Shown: one piece after another, positions 1 through 9,884 of the stretch | Position numbering within the stretch: the stretch's first letter is position 1 | Layout of the letters: each line of letters opens with the position of its first letter | DNA from: an uncultured bacterium | Lineage (GTDB): Bacteria > Zixibacteria > MSB-5A5 > CAIYYT01 | DNA: 64,000 nt | Assembly: GCA_963726455.1 (NCBI GenBank) | Contig: CAVSCK010000004.1 | Coordinates: forward strand, 1,312,001 to 1,376,000 | Reading direction: 5' to 3' | Notes under the pieces: generated by a model | What the model saw: the letters and a program-made list of their open reading frames with translations, nothing else | Database searches by the model: none | What the model was told of the DNA's origin: nothing | Made by a program: the position numbers and the translations under genes

Positions 1-230
1 CTCTGAAGATACTCCTGCAACCTTACGGTTTCGTATTGCCACATCGCGGGATTGGAGTTGATGATTTCGGTTATGATCCGGCTGTTTATTTCGGCTTCTG
101 CTTCCAGACCACCGGCAAAGTATTGATAGGACAACAGGAAGTAGCCGGCGGGACCCAGCAGCCCGCCCAGACCGATCACAACAGCGACCAGCCAGGTGAT
201 AATGCGTGTAGTTAGGTAATAAGTTGGCAT
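1..230 (-). CDS. N-terminal part of a membrane-anchored sensor protein (histidine kinase or diguanylate cyclase type); runs off the window edge
   Basis: ATG at 230 abuts the stop of the upstream gene. Manual translation MPTYYLTTRIITWLVAVVIGLGGLLGPAGYFLLSYQYFAGGLEAEAEINSRIITEIINSNPAMWQYETVRLQEYLQ gives a TM helix plus a periplasmic start typical of sensors. The output domain is not visible. Confidence 0.55.
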   Translation of the reverse strand, partial: MPTYYLTTRIITWLVAVVIGLGGLLGPAGYFLLSYQYFAGGLEAEAEINSRIITEIINSNPAMWQYETVRLQEYLQ

Positions 231-1085
231 CTAATTCTCTGCCAGGCCGCTTCCTATTGGCTGATTCCCTGACTCTTCCAACAGTTTCCTACCCTCTGCG
301 GAGCGCACGAATTCCGCAAACATGGCTGCGATTCGATTTCCGCCTGAATTCCTGACCAGGTAATAGGAGCGGTAGAAGGGATAAGTTCCGTTGGAGATAT
401 TTGTGACCGAAGGAATCACGCCATTGAATGTCAGTACAACGAATTGTCGCTGCCAGGTCAATACCTGAGCGAGACTTGTGAATGCCAATGTTCCCGAAAC
501 CGACCCGATATGCTCGAGGCAATCCTGGTCTGTCAAGGCAATCACCATTCCGGGCACCTGAAGCAGACTATCGAGGACCCTGCTCATCGTGGCGGAAACA
601 GCTTTGGCGATACGCGTATCAGTCTCTTCAGCAGGTCGAATTATGGGGCGAATTCTTTGACCGTTGGGCCAGGTCGAGATAGCGCCACTGAACATATCAG
701 TCACGCTTTGAGCGGTGACTCCGGCAATCCCTACCGGGTCTCTGGTCACAAAGACAAATGGTGTTCTGGCGTATTCGAAATCGCTGAGTCCGGCGGTTCT
801 TTCTCCGTCTTTCAGAGGTCTGGAACTCAGCGCGACATCTATTGCCCCGGCAGTCACGGCCTTCAAGCCGCCGCTGCTGCCCAAACTGGGAAGGATTTTG
901 ACTTCAATATCGGGATGTAACTCGTGGAAGGCTTCGCCGATCTTTTTCATCGAGCCCAGCGCGCTTCCGGTTCCTCCCAGCTTCAGTATCTGCTGAGCCG
1001 GCGCGGCTGAACTCAGCACCAGTACGAATGATGCCAGCATCGCATAGGCGATGGCGCAGGACTGCCAGTGTTGTCTTTTTTTCAT
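231..1085 (-). CDS. PstS-like (PBP type 2) substrate-binding protein
   Basis: Signal peptide; motifs GGTGS, SLGSSGG, DVALSSRPLK, NGTYPFYR. Start moved to the ATG at 1085 (MKKRQ), which follows a GAGGA. No pstCAB adjacent. Confidence 0.85.
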   Translation of the reverse strand: MKKRQHWQSCAIAYAMLASFVLVLSSAAPAQQILKLGGTGSALGSMKKIGEAFHELHPDIEVKILPSLGSSGGLKAVTAGAIDVALSSRPLKDGERTAGLSDFEYARTPFVFVTRDPVGIAGVTAQSVTDMFSGAISTWPNGQRIRPIIRPAEETDTRIAKAVSATMSRVLDSLLQVPGMVIALTDQDCLEHIGSVSGTLAFTSLAQVLTWQRQFVVLTFNGVIPSVTNISNGTYPFYRSYYLVRNSGGNRIAAMFAEFVRSAEGRKLLEESGNQPIGSGLAEN

Positions 1086-1202
1086 AACCCAATCAATCCT
1101 CTTTGCATAGAGCATAGATTTTCGGAGTTCGTCATGCCCTCTCGTTTTGTGCCCCGGTAACCGGTCCGAAAAAGACCAAGTTGCCTTTACCGTACTCATA
1201 TA

Positions 1203-1230
1203 ATATCGGCGCAGTTACAGCGGCGCTTCA
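1203..1230 (-). promoter_or_regulatory. Possible sigma28 (FliA)-type promoter
   Basis: Minus strand TGAA-N16-GCCGATAT versus consensus TAAA-N15-GCCGATAA, upstream of the binding-protein/sensor pair. Confidence 0.35.
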
Positions 1231-1377
1231 GCATGCAATGGGCATCTGAAAGTGTCGCCGTAAACATTCACCACTTGTGGTCCCAGTGTTTACAATTGAA
1301 ACACCGAGAGCTGTTGAGGAGAAGGCAGACTACTGCCAGGAGGATAGCAAGAGAGAGAAAATCGCGAATGCGAGACG

Positions 1378-3342
1378 CTAATCTTCTTCGTACTGACGCT
1401 TGATTCGCGTGAGAACATCGGGATCAGCTAGCGTAGTCGTGTCGCCCAGGACCTTACCGGTAGCAATATCGCGCAGCAAGCGCCTCATGATCTTGCCCGA
1501 TCGCGTCTTGGGCAAATCGGGCGCCAGAATGATTCGCTCCGGCTTGGCCAGGGCGCCGATTTTTCGCGCGACAAAATCTTTGAGTTGGCCGACGAGCCGA
1601 TCAGTAAATGTGAACTTATTGCCAAGCGTAACGAATGCCACCAGGCATTCGCCTTTCAACTCGTGCGGGACGCCAACCACGGCGGCTTCAACCACGCTTT
1701 CATGCTCCACCAGGGCGGATTCCACTTCCATCGTTGACAGGCGATGTCCGGCGGTGTTGATGACATCATCAACGCGGCCGAGAATCCAGATGTAACCGTC
1801 CTTGTCAATCTTTGCGCCGTCGCCGGGGAAATAGATGCCGGGCCACTTCGACCAGTATGTCTGAACGAATCGCTCCCGATCACCCCAGATTCCGCGAATC
1901 ATTCCCGGCCAGGGCTTGGTGATGGCGAGGTAGCCACCACCGTTCTTGATCTCTTTTCCCTTTTCATCGAGGACCTTGGCCTCGATGCCGGGGAATGGCT
2001 TCGTAGCCGATCCCGGTTTCGTGGATGTTATGCCAGGCAGGGGCGTGATCATGATGTGTCCCGTCTCGGTTTGCCACCAGGTATCGACGATCGGGCAACG
2101 TCCCTTGCCGATGACAGTGTTATACCATATCCACGCCTCGGGATTGATGGGCTCACCGACCGTACCCAGCAGCCGCAAAGTCTCAAGATTATGCTTTTCC
2201 GGCCATTCGTTGCCCCATTTCATGAAGGCCCTGATTGCCGTGGGTGCCGTGTAGAAAGCCGAAACGCCGTTTTCCTCGATGATTTGCCACATGCGATCGC
2301 GATCAGGCCAATCAGGCGCGCCCTCATACATCACCTGAGTAGCTCCGAGAGCAGTCGGCCCATACACAAGATATGAGTGACCTGTTACCCAGCCGATATC
2401 GGCGGTGCACCAGAAGACGTCGTCCTCCTTAAGGTCAAAGACGTACTTGGTGGTCGCGTATACCCCCGTCAGATACCCTCCGCACGTGTGTACTATCCCC
2501 TTCGGTTTGCCGGTGGTTCCCGAGGTGTACAGTATGAACAACGGGTCTTCGCTGTCCATGTACACCGGCTGACAAAAATGTTCGGCTTCCTGCATCAAAC
2601 GGTGGTACCAATGATCGCGGCCTTCCTTGACGCGCAACAGGAAATCGCCCCGCTTGACAATTATCACGTTTTCTACCGAAGGACAGTCGGCAAGCGCGTA
2701 ATCGGCATCGTGCTTGAGCGGGATCATCTGTCCGCGCCGGTAACTCCCGTCAGCGGTAATCAGCAGCTTGGCCTGGGCATCGTTGATGCGATCCCGCAAT
2801 GACTCCGGCGAGAACCCGCCGAATACGACAGAATGTACAGCTCCAATGCGGGCGCATCCCAGCATCGCAATGACCAGTTCCGGTATCATCGGCAGGTAGA
2901 TTGCGACGCGGTCACCCTTCGTAATACCCAGCTTCTTCAGAACATTCGCGAATTTATTGACGTTGTGGTAAAGCTCAAAGTAGGTCAGCGTCCGGCGGTC
3001 ACCGGGCTCGCCCTCCCAGATCAGCGCGGCTTTGTTCTTGCGACCATCTGTCATGTGCCGATCTAAACACGATTCCGTAACATTCAACTTGCCCCCGACG
3101 AACCATTGCGCGTCCGGCGCCTTCCAAATCAGTCCCTTCTTCCATTTGCGTTTCCACAGCAATTCCTCGGCGATATTCTCCCAAAATTTGACCGGGTTGG
3201 ACTTGCCGAGCCGATATAGCTCCTTGGTTCCGTTCGCCTGCCGGATAAATGCGGCGGGTGGTTTGAACAGCCGGTCTTCCTGAAGGAGGGCGTCAATTGT
3301 GGCAGTCTTGCTGTGACCGTTTGTGCCTGATTTGGGTGTCAT
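1378..3342 (-). CDS. acs: Acetyl-CoA synthetase (AMP-forming)
   Basis: [42 protein letters not shown]. Start set to the ATG at 3342 after GAGGA; the ORF-track TTG start coincides with a -35 box. Confidence 0.97.
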   Translation of the reverse strand: MTPKSGTNGHSKTATIDALLQEDRLFKPPAAFIRQANGTKELYRLGKSNPVKFWENIAEELLWKRKWKKGLIWKAPDAQWFVGGKLNVTESCLDRHMTDGRKNKAALIWEGEPGDRRTLTYFELYHNVNKFANVLKKLGITKGDRVAIYLPMIPELVIAMLGCARIGAVHSVVFGGFSPESLRDRINDAQAKLLITADGSYRRGQMIPLKHDADYALADCPSVENVIIVKRGDFLLRVKEGRDHWYHRLMQEAEHFCQPVYMDSEDPLFILYTSGTTGKPKGIVHTCGGYLTGVYATTKYVFDLKEDDVFWCTADIGWVTGHSYLVYGPTALGATQVMYEGAPDWPDRDRMWQIIEENGVSAFYTAPTAIRAFMKWGNEWPEKHNLETLRLLGTVGEPINPEAWIWYNTVIGKGRCPIVDTWWQTETGHIMITPLPGITSTKPGSATKPFPGIEAKVLDEKGKEIKNGGGYLAITKPWPGMIRGIWGDRERFVQTYWSKWPGIYFPGDGAKIDKDGYIWILGRVDDVINTAGHRLSTMEVESALVEHESVVEAAVVGVPHELKGECLVAFVTLGNKFTFTDRLVGQLKDFVARKIGALAKPERIILAPDLPKTRSGKIMRRLLRDIATGKVLGDTTTLADPDVLTRIKRQYEED

Positions 3343-3375
3343 GCTTTTCCTCGTGATGTGGTACTCTTTCTGGCT

Positions 3376-3405
3376 AAAATAGATCGCGTCGGTGATTTTT
3401 GTCAA
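3376..3405 (-). promoter_or_regulatory. sigma70-type promoter of acs
   Basis: TTGACA-N18-TATTTT on the minus strand, about 35 nt upstream of the ATG. Confidence 0.5.
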
Positions 3406-3599
3406 GAATTTTCATGCAATATGAGACATCCTTGGCTTTCCATCGATCTGGAAATTCACGTTGTCATACAGCGTGGCGCCCTACCAGCCAGTACTTCAGG
3501 TAACCGCGCCGTTGAAAATTATACGAATCAGCGTGGTGAATAGTGAATGACATTACCCATGAATTGACAGGTCAATTCGCACCTCAAGACGACCGAATC

Positions 3600-3628
3600 T
3601 TGACTAAATTGAACGTTTCTGCTACCTT
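3600..3628 (+). promoter_or_regulatory. sigma70-type promoter
   Basis: TTGACT-N17-TACCTT with TG just before the -10; RBS GGGAGG precedes the ATG at 3688. Confidence 0.5.
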
Positions 3629-3687
3629 TCCGTAGTAGATAGATGACGCCAACGGGCGCGGGAAACTGATCTATTGGGAGGGCCAGT

Positions 3688-5271
3688 ATGTCACGATTCG
3701 ATTACGTACGGGCCGGTTTAATTGGAGCCGCGATCATTCTGTTGGTCAGCGGGTCTTTATCGGCTCAGTCGGGCGGCAGCCCGAAATCCTTTGATACCAG
3801 CACGTTTGTGAATGCCAACAACATTCTGATGTTCTGCAGCAACAATGCAATGTATGGCCGCGACCAGAGCAATCACTTCGGTCACGAATACGGCACCTTC
3901 TATCCATACACTTCAATCGCCAACATTCAAAACGGATCGGCAATCAAGTCGCCTTTATACTCTGCCGGTATCTGGATGGGCGGCACGGTCTCCGGAGGAA
4001 CGCGAGTATCACTGGCTGAATTCAGTTCTGAATTCTGGCCGGGTCCAATGTCAGGCGGAACTTTCGTGGCAAATGCAGATACTGCGAAGATATTTCGCGT
4101 CTACAAGATCTATTCCGACAGCGCCGCAGGCAATCCAAACACTGATTATCTGGAATGGCCGGTTTCGCAAGGGGCGCCGACTGATGCGTCAGGTCATCCA
4201 CTCCTTCTCGGCCAGCAAACGTTGTTCTCAGTTTACTGCGACGCGAACCCGGCGCGACACACTCTGATTGACGGCTCAACCACCCCCTTGGGAATCGAAG
4301 TTCGACAGACAACCTGGGCTTCGAACACTTCTGGACTGGAGCGAATCATTTATCTCGAGTACCAGCTATACAACAAAGGCGGAAACAACATTTCCGACTT
4401 CTACGTCTCGATCTGGCTCGATCCCGATTTAGGCGGAGTGGAAGATGATTTGGCCGGCTCCGACACTTCCGAAGGCATCTTCTATTGCTACAATGCCAAC
4501 AATGCCGACGCGGTTTACGGCGCTTCGCCTCCCGCAATCGGCGTCAAAATGATCGCCGGACCGGCTGTCGCCTCGGCTTCCGATACGGCGTTGTTCTTTA
4601 GAACGCTTAAGCCCGGCTACCGCAATCTGGAAATGAGCTCTTTCGTGAACTACATTAACGGCGACGATGCCCAGAGTTCCACCGAAAGCTACAACTTGAT
4701 GAAAGGTCTGCGTCGAAACGGAAGCGCGCAACTCAACGGCACCCGGTTCAGTTTTCCCGGAGACCCGGTCGCGAGCACCGGCGACAGAGACACGCTGCCC
4801 GCCAATATTCATTTTCTGGGAAGCTTCGGCCCGATTTCGTTTGCTGCCGGTGACAGCCAATATGTGCTTGTGAAGTTGGGCATTGGCCAGGGAGCGGATC
4901 GTCTGAGTTCGATCACGAATCTCAAACAAATCCTCACGGCGGCGGATGACATTCCACTCGATGCGGAGGATGGCGAGAGAACAGCGATTCCGAACCGCAC
5001 GAGTATCGAGCAGAATTACCCGAATCCGTTTAATCCATCGACAACGATCCGCTACGTCGTTCACAAATCCTCACTCGTGAATCTGGAGATAATTAATCTA
5101 CTGGGTCAGAAGGTGAAAACGCTGGTAGCCGAGACTAAGCGAACCGGAGAATATCAAACGACGTGGGACGGCACGGATGATTACGGCAGATCAGTTTCAT
5201 CGGGAGTCTATTTCTACCGATTTCGGACAGGCGACGAAACGATAACCAGGAAGATGCTGCTGCTCAAATAG
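3688..5271 (+). CDS. Secreted protein with T9SS-type-A/FlgD-Ig-like C-terminal sorting domain
   Basis: Signal peptide; C-terminus EQNYPNPFNPSTTIRY...SSGVYFYR...TRKMLLLK. N-terminal domain function unknown. Confidence 0.85.
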   Translation: MSRFDYVRAGLIGAAIILLVSGSLSAQSGGSPKSFDTSTFVNANNILMFCSNNAMYGRDQSNHFGHEYGTFYPYTSIANIQNGSAIKSPLYSAGIWMGGTVSGGTRVSLAEFSSEFWPGPMSGGTFVANADTAKIFRVYKIYSDSAAGNPNTDYLEWPVSQGAPTDASGHPLLLGQQTLFSVYCDANPARHTLIDGSTTPLGIEVRQTTWASNTSGLERIIYLEYQLYNKGGNNISDFYVSIWLDPDLGGVEDDLAGSDTSEGIFYCYNANNADAVYGASPPAIGVKMIAGPAVASASDTALFFRTLKPGYRNLEMSSFVNYINGDDAQSSTESYNLMKGLRRNGSAQLNGTRFSFPGDPVASTGDRDTLPANIHFLGSFGPISFAAGDSQYVLVKLGIGQGADRLSSITNLKQILTAADDIPLDAEDGERTAIPNRTSIEQNYPNPFNPSTTIRYVVHKSSLVNLEIINLLGQKVKTLVAETKRTGEYQTTWDGTDDYGRSVSSGVYFYRFRTGDETITRKMLLLK

Positions 5272-5285
5272 CTATTTAATGGCCG

Positions 5286-6194
5286 TCAGCGAGCGCAGTG
5301 GAATTTGATTCCCTGCGCCGTCAGAAACTCCTCAGCGTCCTGACCTTGTAACATCGCCAGCGTGCTGAGAAAACCTGCCTCCGTACAGTAATCAGCAAGT
5401 ACAGTAACACTCCGCGGCGAATTCTCCACCGGCCAGCCGGTACGCGGGTTCAGGATATGCCCGAGCCGCCTGCCATTCACTGTACAAAAGCGCCGTGAAT
5501 CGCCGCTGGTAGCCACGGCGCCTTGCGCCAGATCAATCTCGCCGATTGGGGTATCATCGGACGACGGATTCTCGATGCCGACCACCCACGGTTTCTTGTC
5601 GTTACCGGCGTTTATCGCCCTGATATCGCCGCCGAAATTGACCATCAGCGAGAAACCGCCGTCCGCAAAGAGCATCTGTGCCACTTTGTCGACGGCATAT
5701 TCTTTCCCCACTCCTCCGAAGTCGATCTCCATACCGGCGCGTAACTTGATAGTTGATTCGGTCAATTTGACTTTATCCCAGCCGACTTTCTTCAATAGCG
5801 TACCGATCAGTCGGTCATCAGGGCGCGCTTCGCGGCCGTCAAATTTCCATGCTCTGCGAAGAATCCCGGAAGTTATGTCAAACAGTCCCTCACTTAGTTC
5901 ATGACATTGTGCAGAGTATGTGAGAAGTTGAAACGTTTCGGCGTCAATTTGCACGGATTCGCCACAACTGTTGTTTATGGCGAAAACGATGTTGTCGTCG
6001 CGATATCTGCTGAACTTTTTCTCGATGCGGATGGCTTCCAAGAAAGCGAGCGAAGCCAGTTTGTCGGCTTCGCTCGAATTGTTGCAGCGAATCAGAATTT
6101 CGCAGGGACTTGACATGGCGGTGAAACTGATGATCCAGTAACCGTCCGTCTCCCTCACATTGAAGCCCTGAGTCTGTTTAGAAGTTGCGCGCAT
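5286..6194 (-). CDS. apbE: FAD:protein FMN transferase
   Basis: GLFDITSG, IDFGGVGKEYAVD, VNFGGDI, VATSGD, HILNPRTG motifs. Confidence 0.93.
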   Translation of the reverse strand: MRATSKQTQGFNVRETDGYWIISFTAMSSPCEILIRCNNSSEADKLASLAFLEAIRIEKKFSRYRDDNIVFAINNSCGESVQIDAETFQLLTYSAQCHELSEGLFDITSGILRRAWKFDGREARPDDRLIGTLLKKVGWDKVKLTESTIKLRAGMEIDFGGVGKEYAVDKVAQMLFADGGFSLMVNFGGDIRAINAGNDKKPWVVGIENPSSDDTPIGEIDLAQGAVATSGDSRRFCTVNGRRLGHILNPRTGWPVENSPRSVTVLADYCTEAGFLSTLAMLQGQDAEEFLTAQGIKFHCAR

Positions 6195-7489
6195 AGCCCA
6201 CTCTAAACATCAAGGCCGTCAACTTGGGAAACAGGTCAAGCCCGGCCATTGATCCGAATGTCTGCGGCGGACTTCTGTCCCCATATTGAGAATAGTACTC
6301 TGCCGAAATATTGAGATGTGATGCCGCATCAATTGGCAAAATGTATTGCAGTCCCAGGGTCAGCGCGTCAAACGCCGCCAATCGGCTGTCAGACGAGGCG
6401 TATTGCGGAAGTTGATTACCGACGATCAAGTAAGGCCGGTAGAGACTCGCCTGTGACTGGCGGTACCAGCGAATATGCGGTTGAATCGCGTGACCGTTCT
6501 TGAGTTGCCAGAGGAAGTATGTTTCGACCGTGTGAGATTTCACGCCCCAGTCATCCCAAAAATATCGATAGGAGACATCCAGCGCGCTGCCGGAGATAAA
6601 ACGGCGAATTTGCCCGAACACCGCATTCTTGTTGCGCGTGTAGGGGCGTTTCTCATGCAAGTAATCTATCGGATCGCCGGCGTTCGGCGACGAAGGATCT
6701 TCTACTACGCTGAGCAGTTTATATGGGTCGGTTAGATACCCGTTGGAACGGTCAAAAGAATAATTCATGCGCAATATTGTTTTTCGGTCAAGAACCTGGC
6801 TGATCCCGAACAGAACGTCAAAGACGCGCTTCGATTCACCGATGCGTGGCGCACGCTGCCCTTCGCCTTCACCTTCCCCTTCTCCTCCTCCCTGGCCGCC
6901 GCTGCTCGCAGTCGAAAGAGCTGAGAACGGGGCGACTGGTCCGCCGATCGGCGAGACGACATCGTACGAAAACGAACCCGAGATCCCGACGGTTGTGTTT
7001 CTCTGAAAGAAGTCGCGCGTGATGCCGCTGTTCAAGCCGAATGATGTGTAGTCCCGTTCCGTCGAGCCGTGCCCACCAACTGACAAGGACGCCAGCCGTC
7101 CCAACGGGTGCACTATCGTGGCATCGGCGGCAAGTCGGGTGTCATGGAAACTTCGATCAAGGGGAAGTTGACCCGATTGGATCGTATAACCGGCTCTTCC
7201 TGATGGCCCTGTGAATGTCTGTAATTTTCGGCTGGGAGCGGCGCCATTCGGTGTTGCGCCGGTGAGGCCATCATAAGTGAACCGAAATGACAACGAGTAG
7301 TTATTGTTCAAAAGCTTGTTCGCGCCGATGACACCTTCGGCTGCGGTGATTCCGTTTCGCTCAGAATATAACAGCAGCGAAGTCTCGGCTTGATTCTGGT
7401 CGGCTGCCGGGGCGACGCCGGATCCGAGCAGACGCAGCGGTGATGGTCGCCAGAGCTCCACGGATGGATTTCCTGCTGCTTAGTTGCAT
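6178..7489 (-). CDS. DUF3570-family outer-membrane beta-barrel protein, with an apparent 1-nt frameshift near 7432
   Basis: Likely true start is the ATG at 7489, overlapping the DUF4266 stop (MQLSSRKSIRGALATITAA). Removing one T joins this to LLGSGVAPAADQ and restores a signal peptide. Motifs DGLTGATPNG, GYLTDPY, YRYFWDDWG; terminal Phe. Confidence 0.8.
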
Positions 7490-7713
7490 CCGCAACCGCC
7501 CCCACCAAAACCGCGGCCACCACTGGACGCTTCTTTGCTGAAGTAGATGTGATCATCGATCGCCCGATCGACCGGATGATTGTCAAACTGCATCTCCGGC
7601 TTGGCCAGGATATCTCTATCCCACACTTTCACCCCCATTGATGCGCAGCCGTTAAGCGAACTGAGGATAAGCAGGAGCAGTCCGATTCCCAGCCAGAATC
7701 TGACGTTTCTCAT
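7480..7713 (-). CDS. DUF4266-family lipoprotein
   Basis: Lipobox LNGC; C-terminus HIYFSKEASSGGRGFGGGGCGCN. Confidence 0.9.
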   Translation of the reverse strand: MRNVRFWLGIGLLLLILSSLNGCASMGVKVWDRDILAKPEMQFDNHPVDRAIDDHIYFSKEASSGGRGFGGGGCGCN

Positions 7714-8211
7714 TTCTTGATTTTCTCCTCTAGCAGTGAACCCAAAAGTGAATCAAGATACACGGTGTCTTTCGGATAGAAACCCTCGATGGTCTGTGCG
7801 TAGTTTTCCGTCGCGACCATACACAAACGACGTTGGCATTGCTTCCAGATTGTACAATTTGGCAAGCGTTCCGGTGGAGTCATAAATGACTTTGAACGGC
7901 ACGTCCATCTCTTTTAGGAACTTATTTGCCGGAATGGCGCTTTTGTCCACGCTTACCGCCACGACTTGCAGCCCGCGGCTAGCGTATTTGTCATTCAACT
8001 GCTTCATCCAGGGGAACGATTGCCTGCAAGGCACACACCATGACGCCCAGAAATCTACGTAGACAACATGGCTGTCAAGCGGAGTCGCGCCCGCCAAGAG
8101 AGAGTCCAGCACCGCAATTGACTGCGGCGCGCTCTTGGCGAATACTGGACTGCCGAGGCCGAACACGATGCTCGTAAATATGCTGACAGCGACAAAGAAT
8201 TTTGCGCCCAT
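7710..8211 (-). CDS. TlpA/ResA-like thiol-disulfide oxidoreductase, with an apparent 1-nt frameshift at 7780-7782
   Basis: VDFWASWCVPC and MPTS motifs. Deleting one T of the TTT run gives ...HRGFYPKDTVYLDSLLGSLLEEKIKK*, whose TGA overlaps the next ATG. Confidence 0.85.
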
Positions 8212-8427
8212 TAGAGACAACCCTATTTGAAATTTGTTCCCAATTTGCTGAATGCCCATCGACTCCACCAACTTGGAGCATTCATCTGGCTACAGATGTC
8301 TTTCCTAAATACGATGGGTAACTTCAATATCTTGGATTTAGTGTGACCGCAAGAAGTCATAATGGACATATTTCCGTCATTATTGCAGAATGCAACCAAG
8401 TGCAGCATAAACTCCCTTGAGATAGAC

Positions 8428-9240
8428 TTAATACCGGCTGACTGAAGTCGAATCAGCCCGCAACCAACTGATGTACGCCCACACTGCGTCCAAATCACCT
8501 GCTTGGAGGTGAGAACGAAATTTGGGCATTTTCAATTCGGCGTGCCGCAGGAAATATTTCGCTACGGAATTACCGTCAAGACGCTTCGAGATTCCGTCGT
8601 TTACCCATTCATCAAATTCCTGACGATTCATCACGAGGTCGGCAAAATCAGAGGTTTCCCACGAAGCAACATATCCCTTGAACGAGCCAGGATTGGGCCG
8701 GGCATACCGCCCGCCGCTGCCGTGACAACCGAAACAGGCAAGCGAATCGGCCCGGTAATAGCCACTCAGCGCCAGGGAATCTTCCGGTACTGACGGAACG
8801 TTGACAGTCGCGACGAACGCTACTAAATCATTGATTTCGTCCGAGGATAAGCGTCTTCCGAATGCGGGCATCTTCAGGGCTCCCTTTGCACGTTGCTCCC
8901 GCCAGCTATCGCTGTGTGATTTGGCGGTTGTCGCGCCGTCGGCGATCCACTGCCTGATTTCGGCAGTGTCCTTGGCGAACATCATCATGTCACCCTTCCA
9001 GTTCGGCACCATCACATCGGCTCGGCCCGGATTGAACACGCCCCCCGTGCCACTTGGTCCATGGCACCCAAAACATCCGGTTTGCTCGGCGAGGCGCCTC
9101 CCCTTTTCCTCAGCGGTTAATACCGGCCGAGTTAAGTAAGACCACACCAACAATCCCACCACACCCAACACTACTAAGCCGAGCAAAAGAAACAGTAATC
9201 CCCGCCGTCCGGCGGCGAATATCATGGTCCTGCCCCTCAC
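8428..9240 (-). CDS. Membrane-anchored diheme c-type cytochrome
   Basis: N-terminal TM helix; two CFGCH motifs, each followed by a candidate Met ligand (MPAF, MPKF); the two halves are internally duplicated. Confidence 0.9.
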   Translation of the reverse strand: MRGRTMIFAAGRRGLLFLLLGLVVLGVVGLLVWSYLTRPVLTAEEKGRRLAEQTGCFGCHGPSGTGGVFNPGRADVMVPNWKGDMMMFAKDTAEIRQWIADGATTAKSHSDSWREQRAKGALKMPAFGRRLSSDEINDLVAFVATVNVPSVPEDSLALSGYYRADSLACFGCHGSGGRYARPNPGSFKGYVASWETSDFADLVMNRQEFDEWVNDGISKRLDGNSVAKYFLRHAELKMPKFRSHLQAGDLDAVWAYISWLRADSTSVSRY

Positions 9241-9251
9241 TGCGATCGCTC

Positions 9252-9668
9252 CTACTGGGCTTTCGCAGCCGAGAGTTCCTTGACCTCGTTAACGCTGATG
9301 GACTTTACGCCATTGCGTTCACTCACCAATCCCGTAACGCTGACTTGTTCGTCCGCCAACTTCTTGGCAGAATTGTACGGATCAGCATTATCGTGATTTA
9401 CGGTCAAGAGGTACAGCTTGCCATCATTGGTCAGCAGACCCATGGGCATGCCGCTGTTGATGCACATCGAGGCACAGCCCTTGTGTTGCTCGCCCTTGGC
9501 GCCCTGTGACAAATAGCATCCCATGTCCACCACTTCACCCTGGATGGTCATGGTCTTCGCCTCCGTGGTCTTGGCCGACGCCTTGGTAGTCGCCGGTGTG
9601 GCCGCAAGCGCAGCTACGGATGCCAGTGCCAACATGAGTACCACGAGAATGATTGTTGCACGCTTCAT
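9252..9668 (-). CDS. Small exported Cys/His-containing protein, possibly metal-binding
   Basis: RBS AGGAGG; signal peptide; DMGCY...HKGCASMC motif; 11 nt upstream of the cytochrome gene. Confidence 0.7.
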   Translation of the reverse strand: MKRATIILVVLMLALASVAALAATPATTKASAKTTEAKTMTIQGEVVDMGCYLSQGAKGEQHKGCASMCINSGMPMGLLTNDGKLYLLTVNHDNADPYNSAKKLADEQVSVTGLVSERNGVKSISVNEVKELSAAKAQ

Positions 9669-9884
9669 AATGTAAATCCTCCTTGTGAACCAGGATCAAA
9701 CAGTCCCGGTCACGAATTGATACGCTCTATAACCGATACTCGCAGGAATTGTTTCCTGAGGCGCCTGCCCAGCCCTGCCAAAAAGAAGCACAGATAAGGG
9801 CACATCAGAACTCAATGGGAGGACGGGTTTCCCGCAGATAGGACGGGGAATATTCGTCGGGAAGAAGGGATGAGCTTCTGGAAT

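Noticed and set aside
1085-1200. c-di-GMP-I (GEMM) riboswitch in the leader (aaaGGCAAC...GGGCACAAAA)
   Set aside because: No GNRA-capped P2 stem and no recognisable 3' conserved segment; the resemblance is only superficial.
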